A stretch of DNA of 52,697 bases, from assembly GCA_016699595.1 (NCBI GenBank), contig CP064982.1:709118-761814 (forward strand), given 5' to 3'. A program made the position numbers and the translations under genes. The notes below the pieces were generated by a model. The model saw only the letters and a list, made by a program, of their open reading frames with translations, was not told where the DNA came from and did no database searches. Positions 51,959-52,697 of the stretch are shown in pieces. Source of the stretch: a bacterium. GTDB lineage: Bacteria > Patescibacteriota > Dojkabacteria > GCA-016699595. Positions within the stretch are counted from its first letter, which is position 1. The number at the start of each line of letters is the position of its first letter.

Positions 51959-52339
51959 TTACTTGAGAGTAACCGTACCTCCAACTGCCTCAATCTCAGA
52001 TTTCATTTTTTGTGCCTCTTCCTTTGCAACTTGTTCCTTCACAGTCTTTGGAGCACCATCAACCAATGCTTTTGCTTCTGCCAAACCAAGATTAGCATAA
52101 GTTTTTACAAGTTTGATAACTTCAATTTTTTTGTCACCACCAGACTCTAGAACAACATCAAATGAAGTTTGTTCTTCAGTTGGAGCTGCTGCAGTTGGAG
52201 CTGCTACTGCTACTGCTGCTGGAGCTGCTGCACTTACACCAAATTTTTCTTCCATAGCTTTGACTAGTTGAGAAAGTTCTAAAACAGACATTTCTGAAAC
52301 TAGATCCATTACTTTTTGTTGATTTGTAGTTAATTCCAT
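51959..52339 (-). CDS. rplL: 50S ribosomal protein L7/L12
   Basis: [51 protein letters not shown] and GGTVTLK. Confidence 0.98.
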   Translation of the reverse strand: MELTTNQQKVMDLVSEMSVLELSQLVKAMEEKFGVSAAAPAAVAVAAPTAAAPTEEQTSFDVVLESGGDKKIEVIKLVKTYANLGLAEAKALVDGAPKTVKEQVAKEEAQKMKSEIEAVGGTVTLK

Positions 52340-52399
52340 ATTTTGATAATCTCTTATTACTTTTCAATAATAAGACTAAAAAAATTAATAATAAAAAAA

Positions 52400-52697
52400 T
52401 TATTTAGTTTCTGAAATTGCATTCAAAACTCTCAGAAATCTCTCAATATTGTTCGCACTAGCCCTTACAAAGTTAGTAGGAACACTCATCATAGTTCCTA
52501 ATGTTATACCTAGTTGTACCTCTCTTGAAGGTAGATCTGCGATAGCTATGACATCATCACTAGAGATAAATTTCCCAGCAAAATAACCACCTAGGACCTT
52601 CATTTTCTTTGTTTCTTTTACAAATTCATTCAAAGATTTTGCTGGTGTTGCGATATCTTCACCATTTACAAATACAACTGCATGTTCGCCACTACCA
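52400..52697 (-). CDS. rplJ: 50S ribosomal protein L10, 5'-partial
   Basis: Frame is open to the window edge: GSGEHAVVF...PAKSLNEF, VLGG, IADLPSRE. Lies directly upstream of rplL. Confidence 0.93.
   Translation of the reverse strand, partial: GSGEHAVVFVNGEDIATPAKSLNEFVKETKKMKVLGGYFAGKFISSDDVIAIADLPSREVQLGITLGTMMSVPTNFVRASANNIERFLRVLNAISETK

Noticed and set aside
52185-52235. GCT-rich tandem repeat
   Set aside because: It encodes the Ala/Pro hinge of L7/L12, which is normal.

Overview
AT-rich chromosomal window of a small-genome bacterium using code 11. A divergent 16S rRNA and the gene repertoire suggest a Candidate Phyla Radiation lineage, possibly Dojkabacteria/WS6 or Microgenomates-related (inference, not database-checked). 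It holds one complete rRNA operon in a non-canonical order (16S-tRNAIle-tRNAAla-5S-23S). There are seven tRNAs, including a rare tRNA-Ile(UAU) and a tRNA-Asn on a Gln-like scaffold. Housekeeping genes include mltG, ppaC, folD, an ATP-dependent ligase, rel, galU, trxA, rpsA, rho, ndk, mreB, rplL and rplJ. Also present: a copper-type module, a four-gene alpha-glucan/glycosyltransferase cluster with a GH57 fusion, a LysM-M23/FemABX pair, two exported proteins sharing a dockerin-like tail, comEA/comEC, and a carotenoid desaturase next to a GT2-CruF fusion. Signals outside the ORF track include a candidate structured sRNA with a consensus promoter after rpsA, a decayed PhnB/VOC pseudogene, and many probable leaderless transcripts. 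No CRISPR array, transposase, integrase or prophage gene was recognised.
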